Source: a bacterium
Lineage (GTDB): Bacteria; Patescibacteriota; CPR2; UBA1875; CAIMLA01
Direction: 5' to 3'
DNA length: 64,000 bases
Assembly: GCA_037129835.1 (NCBI GenBank)
Contig: JBAXUE010000004.1
Location: forward strand, 25,638 to 89,637
Within the stretch, counting starts at the first letter, position 1; each line of letters opens with the position of its first letter. Shown here piece by piece: positions 51,900-62,071 of the stretch. The notes under the pieces were generated by a model. It did no database searches and had not been told where the DNA came from. It saw only the letters and a list, made by a program, of their open reading frames with translations. Position numbers and translations under genes: made by a program.

Positions 51900-53723
51900 C
51901 TATTCAACTGTTACGCTTTTTGCTAAATTTCTTGGTTTATCGACATCCAAATTTTTTGCCACTGCTACATAATACGCAAAAAGCTGTAGCTGTGCCACGG
52001 CGACTAACGGTGTGAGCATTTCCAATGTCTTTGGAATATAAATTACGTCATCGGCAACCCTTGTTGCTTCTTTTGCACCTACCGTGGTTAGCACGATAAC
52101 TTTTCCTGATCGCGCCCTGATTTCCTCAACGTTTGAAATTCCTTTTTCATACACACTATCCTCTGGAATAAGTGCAAAGGTAGGGAAGTTCTTGTCTATA
52201 AGAGCAATCGGTCCATGTTTCATCTCCCCACTAGCGTAACCCTCAGCGTGTATATAAGAAATTTCTTTTAGCTTCAACGCACCTTCTTCTGCTAAAGGGA
52301 AACAATATTTTCTACCTAAATACATAAAATGTTCGAAGTCTTTATATTTATTAGCAAGCTTCTCTATTACAGCAGTATCCTTTAAAATCTTTGATACATG
52401 ATCTGGTACCTTCAAAAGCTCCTTCAGTATATCTCGACCTGTCGCCGCACTCATTTGTCGCTGACGACCAAGCATAACAGCAATAAGTATCAATACTGTT
52501 ATTTGTGAGGTAAATGCTTTTGTTGAAGCGACGGCAATCTCTGGTCCAGCATGATTATAGACCCCCGCATCTGTTTCTCTGGCAATCGTAGAGCCGACAG
52601 CGTTAACGATACCCAGAGTGAGAGCACCTTTTTTCTTTGCTTCCCGAATCGCAGCAAGTGTATCGACGGTTTCACCAGACTGGCTAATTGCAAGTACAAT
52701 AGTATTTTCATTAACAATTGGACTACGGTATCGAAATTCAGAAGCATATTCTACTTCAACGGGAATCCCGGTATATTCTTCAATAATATACTCACCCACT
52801 AGCCCTGCGTAGCGGGCAGTGCCACAGGCAACAATAATTATGCGCTCTATTTTCCTTAATCTATCTCTAACTATTTCTAGTCCACCGAGCTTCACATCAC
52901 CTTGATCTAATAATATACGGCCCCTAGTGGAGTTTTTAATTACATCTGGCTGTTCCATGATCTCTTTGAGCATATAATGAGAATAACCACCCTTTTCTGA
53001 CTCTTCTAGCGTCCATTCTACTTCATTTATCGCGGACTTTACGTCATTTTTATCAAAATCATATATCCTGTAGTCATTTTTATGAATATCAACCACCTCA
53101 CCATCATTCAGATATATCACTTTATTGGTGTGGCCAAGAAAGGCAGATACGTCTGAAGCGACAAAAAACTCGTTATGTCCTACCCCAAAAATAAGTGGGC
53201 TTCCCATTCTCGCCGCTACTAGCCTGTTCGGTTCATCTGCGTGAACCACGGCTATTCCATAAGCGCCTCGTACTTGCTTGAGAGCCTGCTGAACCGCTTC
53301 GAGCAAGTCGCCCGCGTATAACTTACCAATAAGGTGCGCCAACACTTCGGTGTCTGTGTCAGAGTGAAAAATATTTCCTTCTGCTAGCAAAGCTGTCTTG
53401 ATCTCCTGATAGTTTTCTATTATGCCGTTATGGACCAAAGCCAATTTGCCATCATTAGATAGGTGGGGATGTGCATTCCTTTCGGTTGGTACGCCATGTG
53501 TGGCCCATCTAGTGTGGCTAATACCAACTTTTGCATTTCCGCAAATAGTTACCTTCTTTTCAAGCTCAACTATCCTACCGACTGCGCGAGTGACTTTGAT
53601 TTTTCCTCCCTCGACGATAGCAATACCCGAGGAATCATAACCCCGATATTCAAGCCGCTTCAAACCCTCTAGTAAAACATTATTTACATTTTTATCGCCT
53701 AAATAACCAACAATTCCACACAT
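51900..53723 (-). CDS. glmS: Glutamine--fructose-6-phosphate aminotransferase
   Basis: MCGIVGY N-terminal nucleophile and two SIS domains. Confidence 0.9.
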   Translation of the reverse strand: MCGIVGYLGDKNVNNVLLEGLKRLEYRGYDSSGIAIVEGGKIKVTRAVGRIVELEKKVTICGNAKVGISHTRWATHGVPTERNAHPHLSNDGKLALVHNGIIENYQEIKTALLAEGNIFHSDTDTEVLAHLIGKLYAGDLLEAVQQALKQVRGAYGIAVVHADEPNRLVAARMGSPLIFGVGHNEFFVASDVSAFLGHTNKVIYLNDGEVVDIHKNDYRIYDFDKNDVKSAINEVEWTLEESEKGGYSHYMLKEIMEQPDVIKNSTRGRILLDQGDVKLGGLEIVRDRLRKIERIIIVACGTARYAGLVGEYIIEEYTGIPVEVEYASEFRYRSPIVNENTIVLAISQSGETVDTLAAIREAKKKGALTLGIVNAVGSTIARETDAGVYNHAGPEIAVASTKAFTSQITVLILIAVMLGRQRQMSAATGRDILKELLKVPDHVSKILKDTAVIEKLANKYKDFEHFMYLGRKYCFPLAEEGALKLKEISYIHAEGYASGEMKHGPIALIDKNFPTFALIPEDSVYEKGISNVEEIRARSGKVIVLTTVGAKEATRVADDVIYIPKTLEMLTPLVAVAQLQLFAYYVAVAKNLDVDKPRNLAKSVTVE

Positions 53724-53818
53724 AATATAATCTCCTATATATATCTGTAACTAATAATATTTATCAAAAACCGTCCTTCGAATAATTTTCAGTGTATTTA
53801 TTCAATACTCGCTTGATT

Positions 53819-54106
53819 CTATTCTTCATTCTCCGTATCATCTATTGTTTTCTTTATCTCTGATACTAATGTTTCCGCCTGTTCTCGTATTTCTTGAACT
53901 GCAGATTTCTTACTTTTAGAAGCTGGGTTCAGTGGGATTATTATCCAGGCCAGTATATATAAGATCATACCAATTCCAGTAAAAATAAATATTGCAATAA
54001 ACAATCTCAAAATCGAAGCGTTTAAACTAAAATACTCTGCGATACCACCAGCCACGCCCCCCAATATTCTATTACCACTTGAACGATATAGTTTCTTTGC
54101 GACCAA
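53819..54106 (-). CDS. PspC-domain membrane protein
   Basis: YRSSGNRILGGVAGGIAEYF followed by a TM segment. Confidence 0.6.
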   Translation of the reverse strand: MVAKKLYRSSGNRILGGVAGGIAEYFSLNASILRLFIAIFIFTGIGMILYILAWIIIPLNPASKSKKSAVQEIREQAETLVSEIKKTIDDTENEE

Positions 54107-54148
54107 GGCTTACTCCATATAAACTATGATAATTATAAAATATTTATA

Positions 54149-54844
54149 CTAAGTAGACAAATTATTATAGAGTACAACGTTTTTTACATGTTTTTTCATA
54201 ATTTGACATATTTGTTCCATTTCTGACAATGAAAAAGACAATTCGTTTCTAAGATTTTGATTATAGGTTATGTCTGGCCTGAAGCCTTGAACTACATATT
54301 TATTTGCACCCTTGATTAGTTTACCAATATCTTCGAAGTCATTGAGACTATGATAGTATGGCAAAACAGTGGTTCGAAATTCGTATTCAGTTTTAGAACC
54401 CAATAATAAATCTATACTCTCTTGTATAAATTTATTATTCAAATAACCAGAGATATTACTATAATTCTTTAACGGTCCCTTAATATCCATCGCAATATAA
54501 TCAACCAATCCTTGCGACAAAAGTGTGTCTAATATTTTAGGATTAGAGCCGTTTGTATCTATTTTTACTAATAGTCCCATGTCTTTTATCTTTCGAATAA
54601 AACTTACAATATCTCTCTGAATTAATGGCTCGCCCCCGGTTATAACCACTCCATCTAATATATCTTTCCTCTTTTCTAAGTGCTTAAATATTTCTTCTTC
54701 CGATATTAATCCTGGCTTTATTGGAATTAAATCTGGATTATGACAAAAGCCACAACGAAAGTTGCAGCCTTGTGTAAAAACAACAGCTGCAACTTTGCCT
54801 GGATAGTCTATCAAACTAGATTTAATTAACCCCGATAAATGCAT
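54149..54844 (-). CDS. nrdG: Anaerobic ribonucleotide reductase activating protein (radical SAM)
   Basis: CNFRCGFCHNP cluster motif. The ATG at 54844 overlaps the upstream stop as TAATG; the track ORF uses a TTG at 54856. Confidence 0.8.
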   Translation of the reverse strand: MHLSGLIKSSLIDYPGKVAAVVFTQGCNFRCGFCHNPDLIPIKPGLISEEEIFKHLEKRKDILDGVVITGGEPLIQRDIVSFIRKIKDMGLLVKIDTNGSNPKILDTLLSQGLVDYIAMDIKGPLKNYSNISGYLNNKFIQESIDLLLGSKTEYEFRTTVLPYYHSLNDFEDIGKLIKGANKYVVQGFRPDITYNQNLRNELSFSLSEMEQICQIMKKHVKNVVLYNNLST

Positions 54845-55005
54845 TATATGACGCAATTACTCGATTTAAATTCGATGCGGTCATCATATTCTGCCCGTTT
54901 ACCTTCATTCCATTGAGAAACTGGACGTATGTATCCAACCACCCTAGAATAAACCTCACATTTAGTTCTATTTTGTTCTGACCCAGTTGTTACTTCCTCT
55001 GACAT
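54844..55005 (-). CDS. Stand-alone NrdD glycyl-radical domain peptide (53 aa)
   Basis: MSEEVTTGSEQNRTKCEVYSRVVGYIRPVSQWNEGKRAEYDDRIEFKSSNCVI matches the class III RNR C-terminal consensus RV.GY...W.N.GK..E..DR. It is preceded by AAGGAGGGGAT-ATG and lies 13 nt after the nrdD stop in a different frame. Confidence 0.6.
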   Translation of the reverse strand: MSEEVTTGSEQNRTKCEVYSRVVGYIRPVSQWNEGKRAEYDDRIEFKSSNCVI

Positions 55006-55018
55006 ATCCCCTCCTTCT

Positions 55019-57118
55019 TTATTTATTTACTAAACTTAATTGTTCTTTATACCCTATTTCACTATCACATGTTGGACAATAAAAGTGTTCGCCCTTGATA
55101 TATCCGTGCTTAGGACAAACAGAAAATGTCGGTGATAAGGTAAAATATGGTAATTTGTAATTTTCGGCTACCTTACGAACTAAGGCTTTTACAGCAATAA
55201 TATTGTCCAATCGTTCACCCATAAATATATGAAGAACAGTACCACCGGTATATTTGGTCTGTAGTCCATCTTGTAAATCAAGTGCTTCAAATACATCTTC
55301 TGTAAAATTTACAGGCAATTGAGTCGAATTTGTATAATAAGGCTTGGCTCCCATGTCTTTTACAGCTGCCGTGTTTGCTACCTCGATGTCAGGGTATTGT
55401 TCTGTATCTCTTTTGGCGAATCTATAGGTTGTCCCTTCGCCTGGCGTAGCTTCAAGATTATAAATATGGCCTGTTTCTTCTTGGTAGCTAGCAATTCGGT
55501 CTCGCATATAATCCATTACCTTCTCAGCAAAAGCATGCCCCTTTTGGGTTGTAATATCTTCATCCGGACCCATAAAGTTTTTAATAGATTCATTCATACC
55601 AAGAAGCCCTATTGTGGAGAAGTGATTTTCCCAATATGTCCCAAAACGTTTTTTGACCTCTGATAAATAGTGTCTAGCAAAAGGATACAGACCATTTTCC
55701 ATAAATCGTTCAAGTTGCTTTCGTTTAATCTCCAGGCTTTCTCTTGACAAGTCCATTAAGTGACCAAGTTGATCAAAATACTCTTTTTCGGTCTTTGCGT
55801 TATAGCCTAGTCTGGGCATATTTATAGTAACTACGCCGATAGAGCCAGTCAGTGGGTTGGCGCCGAAAAGTCCACCACCCCGTTTCTTTAGCTCTCGGTT
55901 GTCTAATCGCAAGCGACAACACATACTTCTTGCATCATCTGGATTCATATCGCTATTTATAAAGTTAGAGAAATACGGGATACCATATTTTGCAGCCATC
56001 TCCCATACGGGATCAAGGCTTTTATCTTCCCAATTAAAATCCTTTGTAATGTTATATGTTGGGATGGGGAATGAGAATATTCGACCATTCGCGTCGCCCT
56101 CTAGCATTACTTCTGCGAAAGCTTTGTTTACCATATCCATCTCTTTTTGAAAGTCTTTATATTTTTCTTTTTGTATCTTGCCACCAATAACTATATTTTC
56201 TTCAGCTAACTCGCCACTAGCGGCAAGATCCATAGTAATATTTGTAAATGGTGTCTGAAAACCAACACGTGTAGGAATGTTCATACCAAAAACAAACTCT
56301 TGCATAGCTTGCTTCACCTGTTTGTAGTCTAATCCATCGTACCTTACAAAAGGAGCAATCAAAGTGTCGAAGCTAGACATCGCTTGCGCTCCAGCACTTT
56401 CTCCCTGCATTGTATACATAAAATTGACTACTTGGTTAAGTAGAGCCTTAAAGTGTTTTGCCGGCTTAGAATTTATCTTGCCAGAAACGCCACCAAAACC
56501 ACGTACAATTAAGTCTTTTAAGTCCCAACCACAGCAGTACGTAGCCAAGAAACCGAGATCATGTATGTGCAGATCGGCATTCTTGTGAGCTTCGCGAATT
56601 TCAGTTGGATACATTTTGTTAAGCCAATATTTCTCAGTAATTTGTGCCGCCAAAAAATTATTTAAACCCTGTAGACTATATGTCATATTTGAATTTTCTT
56701 TGACGTACCAAGTATCTTCGCCCAAATATTCCTCTACCATTTTGTCACTATCTGTTAACTGCGCCTTGCGAAGCTCCTCGTGTTGCCTACGATAGACGAT
56801 GTATGACTTGGCAGCCTCTTCAAAAACAGAATCCATGAGGACGTGTTCTACGGCATCTTGAACCTTTTCCACAGTTGGTAGATTATCAGCGTCAAACTGC
56901 TTATTTAAAATATCAATTACTTTTTGAGTAAGTTTCTCGGCAATATCGTGGCCGTATTCACTGGTAGCTAGACCGGCTTTCTCAATAGCACCAACTATTC
57001 TCTCTGGATCAAATTTTGTGAGAGTACCATCTCTCTTTTCTATTTTTGTAAACTTCCTTTTTGTAAGATGTTTTTTTGAGAGATTTAACTGTTCTTGCTG
57101 AATATCGTCTTTTACCAC
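55019..57118 (-). CDS. nrdD: Anaerobic ribonucleoside-triphosphate reductase catalytic subunit, lacking the glycyl-radical tail
   Basis: N-terminal ATP-cone, class III RNR core, and a C-terminal Zn site (CPKH...CPTC). The ORF stops before the Gly-radical motif. Confidence 0.85.
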   Translation of the reverse strand: MVKDDIQQEQLNLSKKHLTKRKFTKIEKRDGTLTKFDPERIVGAIEKAGLATSEYGHDIAEKLTQKVIDILNKQFDADNLPTVEKVQDAVEHVLMDSVFEEAAKSYIVYRRQHEELRKAQLTDSDKMVEEYLGEDTWYVKENSNMTYSLQGLNNFLAAQITEKYWLNKMYPTEIREAHKNADLHIHDLGFLATYCCGWDLKDLIVRGFGGVSGKINSKPAKHFKALLNQVVNFMYTMQGESAGAQAMSSFDTLIAPFVRYDGLDYKQVKQAMQEFVFGMNIPTRVGFQTPFTNITMDLAASGELAEENIVIGGKIQKEKYKDFQKEMDMVNKAFAEVMLEGDANGRIFSFPIPTYNITKDFNWEDKSLDPVWEMAAKYGIPYFSNFINSDMNPDDARSMCCRLRLDNRELKKRGGGLFGANPLTGSIGVVTINMPRLGYNAKTEKEYFDQLGHLMDLSRESLEIKRKQLERFMENGLYPFARHYLSEVKKRFGTYWENHFSTIGLLGMNESIKNFMGPDEDITTQKGHAFAEKVMDYMRDRIASYQEETGHIYNLEATPGEGTTYRFAKRDTEQYPDIEVANTAAVKDMGAKPYYTNSTQLPVNFTEDVFEALDLQDGLQTKYTGGTVLHIFMGERLDNIIAVKALVRKVAENYKLPYFTLSPTFSVCPKHGYIKGEHFYCPTCDSEIGYKEQLSLVNK

Positions 57119-57132
57119 CGGGAATCCTCCAT

Positions 57133-57582
57133 TTATTTATTAATTTTTGATAATTCTTGTTGAAACGCTTCTAATGTTTCAAATTTCTTATATACGCTTG
57201 CAAATCTCAGATATGCCACCTCATCTATAGCGAGTAGATTCGTCATGACGAGATCCCCGATTTTTTCACTAGCAATCTCATTTGCTCCAGTGGCGTGCAC
57301 TTCCTTCTCTATCTCTGTAATCAGGCTATCAGTATCTGCCTCCTCTATAGGTCTTTTCTCTAAAGCTCTCTGGATACCACCAGCAAGCTTATCTCGACTG
57401 AACTGCTCTCTGTGTCCATCCTTCTTTATAACTACCAGAGTAGGTACTTCTAGGCGCTCATAAGTCGTAAACCTAAACCCGCAATCATTGCATTCCCTTC
57501 TCCTTCTTATGGCAGGCTCAATTTCTGTATCTCTTTTTTCGATAACTTTTAGATTTTGTGATTCACATTTTGGGCAGACCAT
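57133..57582 (-). CDS. nrdR: Transcriptional repressor NrdR
   Basis: MVCPKCESQN...CNDCGFRFTTYE zinc ribbon plus ATP-cone. Confidence 0.85.
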   Translation of the reverse strand: MVCPKCESQNLKVIEKRDTEIEPAIRRRRECNDCGFRFTTYERLEVPTLVVIKKDGHREQFSRDKLAGGIQRALEKRPIEEADTDSLITEIEKEVHATGANEIASEKIGDLVMTNLLAIDEVAYLRFASVYKKFETLEAFQQELSKINK

Positions 57583-57593
57583 TTATATCCTTT

Positions 57594-57640
57594 CACTACA
57601 TGTAGCGTAGTTAGTAAATGATAGAACGCTATATATGTGG
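57594..57640. promoter_or_regulatory. Candidate tandem NrdR boxes upstream of nrdR-nrdD
   Basis: CTACATGTAG (57596-57605) is a perfect palindrome fitting CwAtATaTwG. A CTATATATG element lies at 57629-57637, about 32 bp centre to centre. Confidence 0.35.
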
Positions 57641-57736
57641 TGTCAAGCATTTTCTTATCCACAAAAAATATTGACTATATCGTGGGAAAAATTCGTTTTT
57701 CCACATGAACTTGTAACCAACTACTTTTATAAACAT

Positions 57737-57768
57737 ACAAAAAAAGAGGCCTATATGGCCTCTTTCAG
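57737..57768 (-). terminator. Intrinsic terminator of ftsZ
   Basis: On the minus strand, AAGAGGCC-atata-GGCCTCTT (8 bp) is followed by TTTTTTTG. Confidence 0.65.
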
Positions 57769-57775
57769 TTGAAGA

Positions 57776-58876
57776 TTATTCCATTCTTTTACGAATAAAT
57801 GTTGGGATTTCCCAATCGCCATCTCCGTCTTCGTCTGTATTTTCTTTTTCAGGCTCGATAGTAACGGGTCTAGTATTAGTTTCCATAGATTGGTGTGTGA
57901 GTCTTGGAGATAATGGGTTGTGCATACCCTCAAAACCAGTAGCAATAACGGTTACAGTTACTTCTCCGGTAATTCTTGGGTCGATAACAGCACCAAATAT
58001 GATATTAGCTTCAGGATCAACGGCATTTGTGATAACCTTAGCAGCTTCGTCAATTTCATACATACCCAAATCTGTTCCGCCAGTTACATTGAATAGCACG
58101 CCTTTAGCGCCGTTAATAGAAAGCTCAAGGAGGGGTGAATTAATAGCTTGTTTTGCAGCTTCCATCGCTCTGCTTTCGCCGCTACCACGACCAATACCCA
58201 TAAGAGCTGAGCCGGCATTTGACATAATAGTTTTAACATCTGCAAAATCGACGTTTATTAAACCGCTATCTGTAATTAGATCAGATATACCTTGTACGCC
58301 CTGTCTTAGAACATCATCAACCACCTGAAAAGCGTCTAATAGGGTTGTTTTCTTATCTACAACTTGGAGTAATCTATCATTAGGAATTGTAATTAAGGCA
58401 TCTACATTTTCTTTTAAATCTTCTATACCTTCTTCGGCGACTCTTTTTCTTTTTTCACCTTCAAATCCAAAGGGTTTAGTAATGACACCGACAGTAAGCG
58501 CCCCTACTTCTCTAGCAATATTCGCAACAATAGGACCAGCACCTGTGCCTGTACCACCGCCACTACCGTAAGTAACAAATACCATATCGGCACCTTTTAG
58601 AGACTCATAAATTTCTTCGCTTGTTTCTTCGGCGGCTTTTTTACCTATTTCAGGATCTGAACCAGCGCCCAAGCCTTTTGTAAGGGCTTTACCGATGTGA
58701 AGTTTCTTGTCAGCCTTAGAGTGGTGTAATGCCTGAGCATCTGTATTAATAGCAATAAACTCTACGCCCTTAAGACCTGCTTCAATCATTCGGTCTACAC
58801 CGTTTCCACCAGAGCCTCCTACACCTACCACCTTGATCCGTGCGAATGTTTCCATATTTGGTTTTACTTCACCCAT
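57776..58876 (-). CDS. ftsZ: Cell division GTPase FtsZ
   Basis: [10 protein letters not shown] tubulin signature. Confidence 0.9.
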   Translation of the reverse strand: MGEVKPNMETFARIKVVGVGGSGGNGVDRMIEAGLKGVEFIAINTDAQALHHSKADKKLHIGKALTKGLGAGSDPEIGKKAAEETSEEIYESLKGADMVFVTYGSGGGTGTGAGPIVANIAREVGALTVGVITKPFGFEGEKRKRVAEEGIEDLKENVDALITIPNDRLLQVVDKKTTLLDAFQVVDDVLRQGVQGISDLITDSGLINVDFADVKTIMSNAGSALMGIGRGSGESRAMEAAKQAINSPLLELSINGAKGVLFNVTGGTDLGMYEIDEAAKVITNAVDPEANIIFGAVIDPRITGEVTVTVIATGFEGMHNPLSPRLTHQSMETNTRPVTIEPEKENTDEDGDGDWEIPTFIRKRME

Positions 58877-58920
58877 ACTGGGCCTCCTTCTATATGTTTT
58901 ATATTATAAATTTACAGCAG

Positions 58921-58992
58921 TATTGTACATTTATTTAATACAATTGTAAAGTAATAAAAAACAGATTGTACAATATTGTTATACAATCTGTT
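58921..58992. promoter_or_regulatory. ftsA-ftsZ intergenic region with repeated TTGTACA/TGTACAA motifs
   Basis: tattgtacat, tacaattgta, gattgtacaatattgttatacaatctg: four copies including a 13-bp imperfect inverted repeat. Confidence 0.25.
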
Positions 58993-59007
58993 CGTAAGTT
59001 TACTGAA

Positions 59008-60234
59008 TTATGGTAGGAATATTTTGAATATCTTTTTTACTCTTTCAATAGTTATTTTAACCCATTCAGGTCCACCGATGGCTTCTTTTTCTTCGTAAGA
59101 GTACAACATAAGACCGATGGCTGTAGAAAAAGATGGATCATAAATCTTTTCAGTTAAGCCTCCCAAAGAATGTGGCTTCCCTATATTAACGGGAAGTCTA
59201 AAGAAGCTTTTTGCGAGTTCTTCAACTCCAATAAGTTTAGCTCCTCCACCTGTTAATACAACACCGGCAGGAAGTAAGCTGTCATGTTTTATTTTACGTA
59301 ACTCATCAAGTATTAGCCTAAATATTTCTTCAGATCTATCTTGAATTATTTCAGCAACATGCCTAGTTGGTACCACGCCTTCCTCAGAAATGTCGATGGC
59401 CGATAAATCAATTTTACTCGCTTCGGAGACATCTGCCGCAACTGCGTTGCCATATTTTATTTTTATTTTTTCTGCAACATCAACTGATGTTCTAAGTCCA
59501 ATTGCGATATCATTCGTTATACTAGCAGCGCCTATCGGGAAGACTTTAGTATATAGTACGCTATCGTCAATAAAAACAGTCAAGCCAGTGGTTGCAGCTC
59601 CGATATCGACCATAACACAACCCAGCTCTCTTTGTTTTTTTGTTAACGAGGCCTTCGCTGCCGCTAAAGGAGAAACAATAATGTCTTCAACATTCACTCC
59701 GGCTTGGGTAACACATCTTGTTATGTTCTTTGCTGCTTGGGAAGACACTGCTATTAAATGAGTTTCAACCTCAAGACGAACACCCGACATTTTAATAGGA
59801 TCCTTTATGGGCTCGCCATTATCAATACTAAAAAATCGTGGGATAACATGCAACAATTCTTTGTTTGCAGGTATTTGGATTGCCTGTGCAGCGTCTTCCG
59901 CTCTTATAATATCATTGCTAGTAATCTCTTGATCTGCCTTTGCTACAGCCACAACGCCTCGAGAGTTGGTGGAGCTTATGTGGCCACCATTAATATTGAC
60001 CATTGCCGAAGATATTTGCAGTCCCGAAACACCTTCGGCCATTTCTATGGCCTCAGAAACACCACTTACAGTCTCCTCAACCTCAGAAACTACACCCTTT
60101 TTTAGTCCTGTATTTTTTGAAATACCAATACCAATAATGTTTAATACACCTTCTTCGTCTGGTTGACCGACCACAACTGATATTTTACTCGAGCCGACAT
60201 CTAGGCCGACATAATATTCTTCCTTATTAGCCAT
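59008..60234 (-). CDS. ftsA: Cell division protein FtsA
   Basis: Actin-like ATPase domains and the position upstream of ftsZ. Confidence 0.85.
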   Translation of the reverse strand: MANKEEYYVGLDVGSSKISVVVGQPDEEGVLNIIGIGISKNTGLKKGVVSEVEETVSGVSEAIEMAEGVSGLQISSAMVNINGGHISSTNSRGVVAVAKADQEITSNDIIRAEDAAQAIQIPANKELLHVIPRFFSIDNGEPIKDPIKMSGVRLEVETHLIAVSSQAAKNITRCVTQAGVNVEDIIVSPLAAAKASLTKKQRELGCVMVDIGAATTGLTVFIDDSVLYTKVFPIGAASITNDIAIGLRTSVDVAEKIKIKYGNAVAADVSEASKIDLSAIDISEEGVVPTRHVAEIIQDRSEEIFRLILDELRKIKHDSLLPAGVVLTGGGAKLIGVEELAKSFFRLPVNIGKPHSLGGLTEKIYDPSFSTAIGLMLYSYEEKEAIGGPEWVKITIERVKKIFKIFLP

Positions 60235-60280
60235 ATAGTTTTTTATCTGATCCTCTTCATTAACTTAAACATTATATATG

Positions 60281-61048
60281 CTAAACCCACAACTTTTCAA
60301 GTGCTGAGGTCGTGGTTGTGGTCAATATTTCTGGCCCATCAGCATGAATCCATACTGTATGCTCAAAATGAGCAGACAAGCTTTCATCTAACGTCTCGTA
60401 AGTCCAGCCGTCCTCATTAATCGCGACCTCATAATCACCGACAGTAACCATTGGCTCAATTGCTAGAGCTGAGTCGACAAGAATTTTTGGACCATCGTTA
60501 TTGTTTCCGTAGTTAGGTATAAACGGATCCTCATGAACATTTTCGCCGATCGCATGTCCTACCAACGAACGAACCACCCCAAAACCACTTTTTTCCACTT
60601 CTGTCTGGACAGCGTATCCAATAGCACCAATATTATTACCCGGATGTGCTGCTGCAATGCCCATTTCTAGTGCTTTTTCGGTTACAACCATCAGTCGATG
60701 TGCTTCAGCTGAAATATTTCCAACACCGAAGGTAATCGCAGAGTCTGTATGAAATCCACCTAATTCAACACCAAAATCTAGTGAAACTAGATCGCCGTTT
60801 CTAATTACATATTCTCCTGGTATGCCGTGAACAACTTGGGTATTTACTGATACACAAATTGCTGCGGGATATCCTTGATAATTTAGAAACGAAGGTTTGA
60901 CATGGTGCTTAAGACATAAACGTCTAGCCATATTATCAATTTCTATCGTCTTCATCCCAGGTACAGTTTTTCCCTTAATCTCATTAAGAATCGCTGCTAA
61001 TATTTGACCACCTTGGCGCATAGCTATAAGCTTATTACTTTGAGACAT
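60281..61048 (-). CDS. map: Methionine aminopeptidase type I
   Basis: Metal ligands in VVHGIP...HTD...pita-bread fold. Confidence 0.85.
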   Translation of the reverse strand: MSQSNKLIAMRQGGQILAAILNEIKGKTVPGMKTIEIDNMARRLCLKHHVKPSFLNYQGYPAAICVSVNTQVVHGIPGEYVIRNGDLVSLDFGVELGGFHTDSAITFGVGNISAEAHRLMVVTEKALEMGIAAAHPGNNIGAIGYAVQTEVEKSGFGVVRSLVGHAIGENVHEDPFIPNYGNNNDGPKILVDSALAIEPMVTVGDYEVAINEDGWTYETLDESLSAHFEHTVWIHADGPEILTTTTTSALEKLWV

Positions 61049-61661
61049 TTAAAAGTCCTTGGCTAATATCCTTTGCTACTCGATTAATTGATTGATCACC
61101 ATTAATATTTATTAAAATACCTTTATTAGTAAAATAATTGACCAGAGGTAGTGTTGATTCAAGGAATGTCTGAACTCGTTTTATAATAGTAGCCAAGCTA
61201 TCATCGTCTCGAACAACCGGTCTACCACTACAATGTATGCACTTCATAGCTCCGACTGGAATGTTCTTTTTGCAGAGTGAACAGACCTTCCTTCTAGATA
61301 ACCTCTCTACAATCTTATCTTCTTCCAGCTGAATATATATTACTGCGTCTAAGTTTCTACTATGATGTGAAAGAATTTCATACATTTTTTCTGCTTGGTG
61401 CAGAGTCCTTGGAAAACCGTCAAATACTATCCCCTTATCTCCAGAAATAGTTGCCAACATCTTATCGGTTTCATTAATCACAAGGTCGTCATTTATTAAA
61501 CCGCCACTATCTATAATAGCCTTAATACTTGGATTCGTTGAAGATAAGCTTCTTGCGATATCACCGCCTGAAATCATCTCAAATTCTAAATATTTCTTCA
61601 TTTCCTCAATTTGGGTATCTTTGCCTGAACCTGGTGGCCCTATTACGATAATATTTTTCAT
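61035..61661 (-). CDS. adk: Adenylate kinase (Zn-lid type)
   Basis: GPPGSGKDTQ with CSLC...CIHC in the lid. Confidence 0.9.
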   Translation of the reverse strand: MKNIIVIGPPGSGKDTQIEEMKKYLEFEMISGGDIARSLSSTNPSIKAIIDSGGLINDDLVINETDKMLATISGDKGIVFDGFPRTLHQAEKMYEILSHHSRNLDAVIYIQLEEDKIVERLSRRKVCSLCKKNIPVGAMKCIHCSGRPVVRDDDSLATIIKRVQTFLESTLPLVNYFTNKGILININGDQSINRVAKDISQGLLNVSK

Positions 61662-62071
61662 TGTATAAACCCCTCCCTTTTAAGTATCTTTCTTTCCAAT
61701 GATTGCATTATTTCTGCCTCTTTTTCGGTATTGTGATCAAACCCATAAATATGTAAAATTCCATGAACTAATAATAAACAAAACTCGTTGCTCAAATCAT
61801 TACAAATCGAGGCTGCTTGTTTGACTGTATAAGTATAACAAATAAATATTTGTCCCACTAGCGGAGAATCGCTTATATTAAAGCTTAGGACGTCTGTTGG
61901 CTTATTAATGCCTCGATAGCCCAGATTCAGTTCTGTCATTTTTTTAGTTGAAATAAATTTTAACTCAATATCGCCGTCTTTTTTATTCATAAAAGAAAAA
62001 GTAGCCTCTGCTACCCTTTCTAGTAAATCGTGTTTGATTTTGTAAGTATTACCGATTATGGTTATCTTCAT
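61658..62071 (-). CDS. ybeY: rRNA maturation endoribonuclease YbeY
   Basis: HGILHIYGFDH metal-binding motif. Confidence 0.8.
   Translation of the reverse strand: MKITIIGNTYKIKHDLLERVAEATFSFMNKKDGDIELKFISTKKMTELNLGYRGINKPTDVLSFNISDSPLVGQIFICYTYTVKQAASICNDLSNEFCLLLVHGILHIYGFDHNTEKEAEIMQSLERKILKREGFIQ

Noticed and set aside
57751-57945. 64-aa minus-strand ORF overlapping the ftsZ 3' end and terminator
   Set aside because: It overlaps a bona fide gene and a terminator hairpin and has no coding signal.
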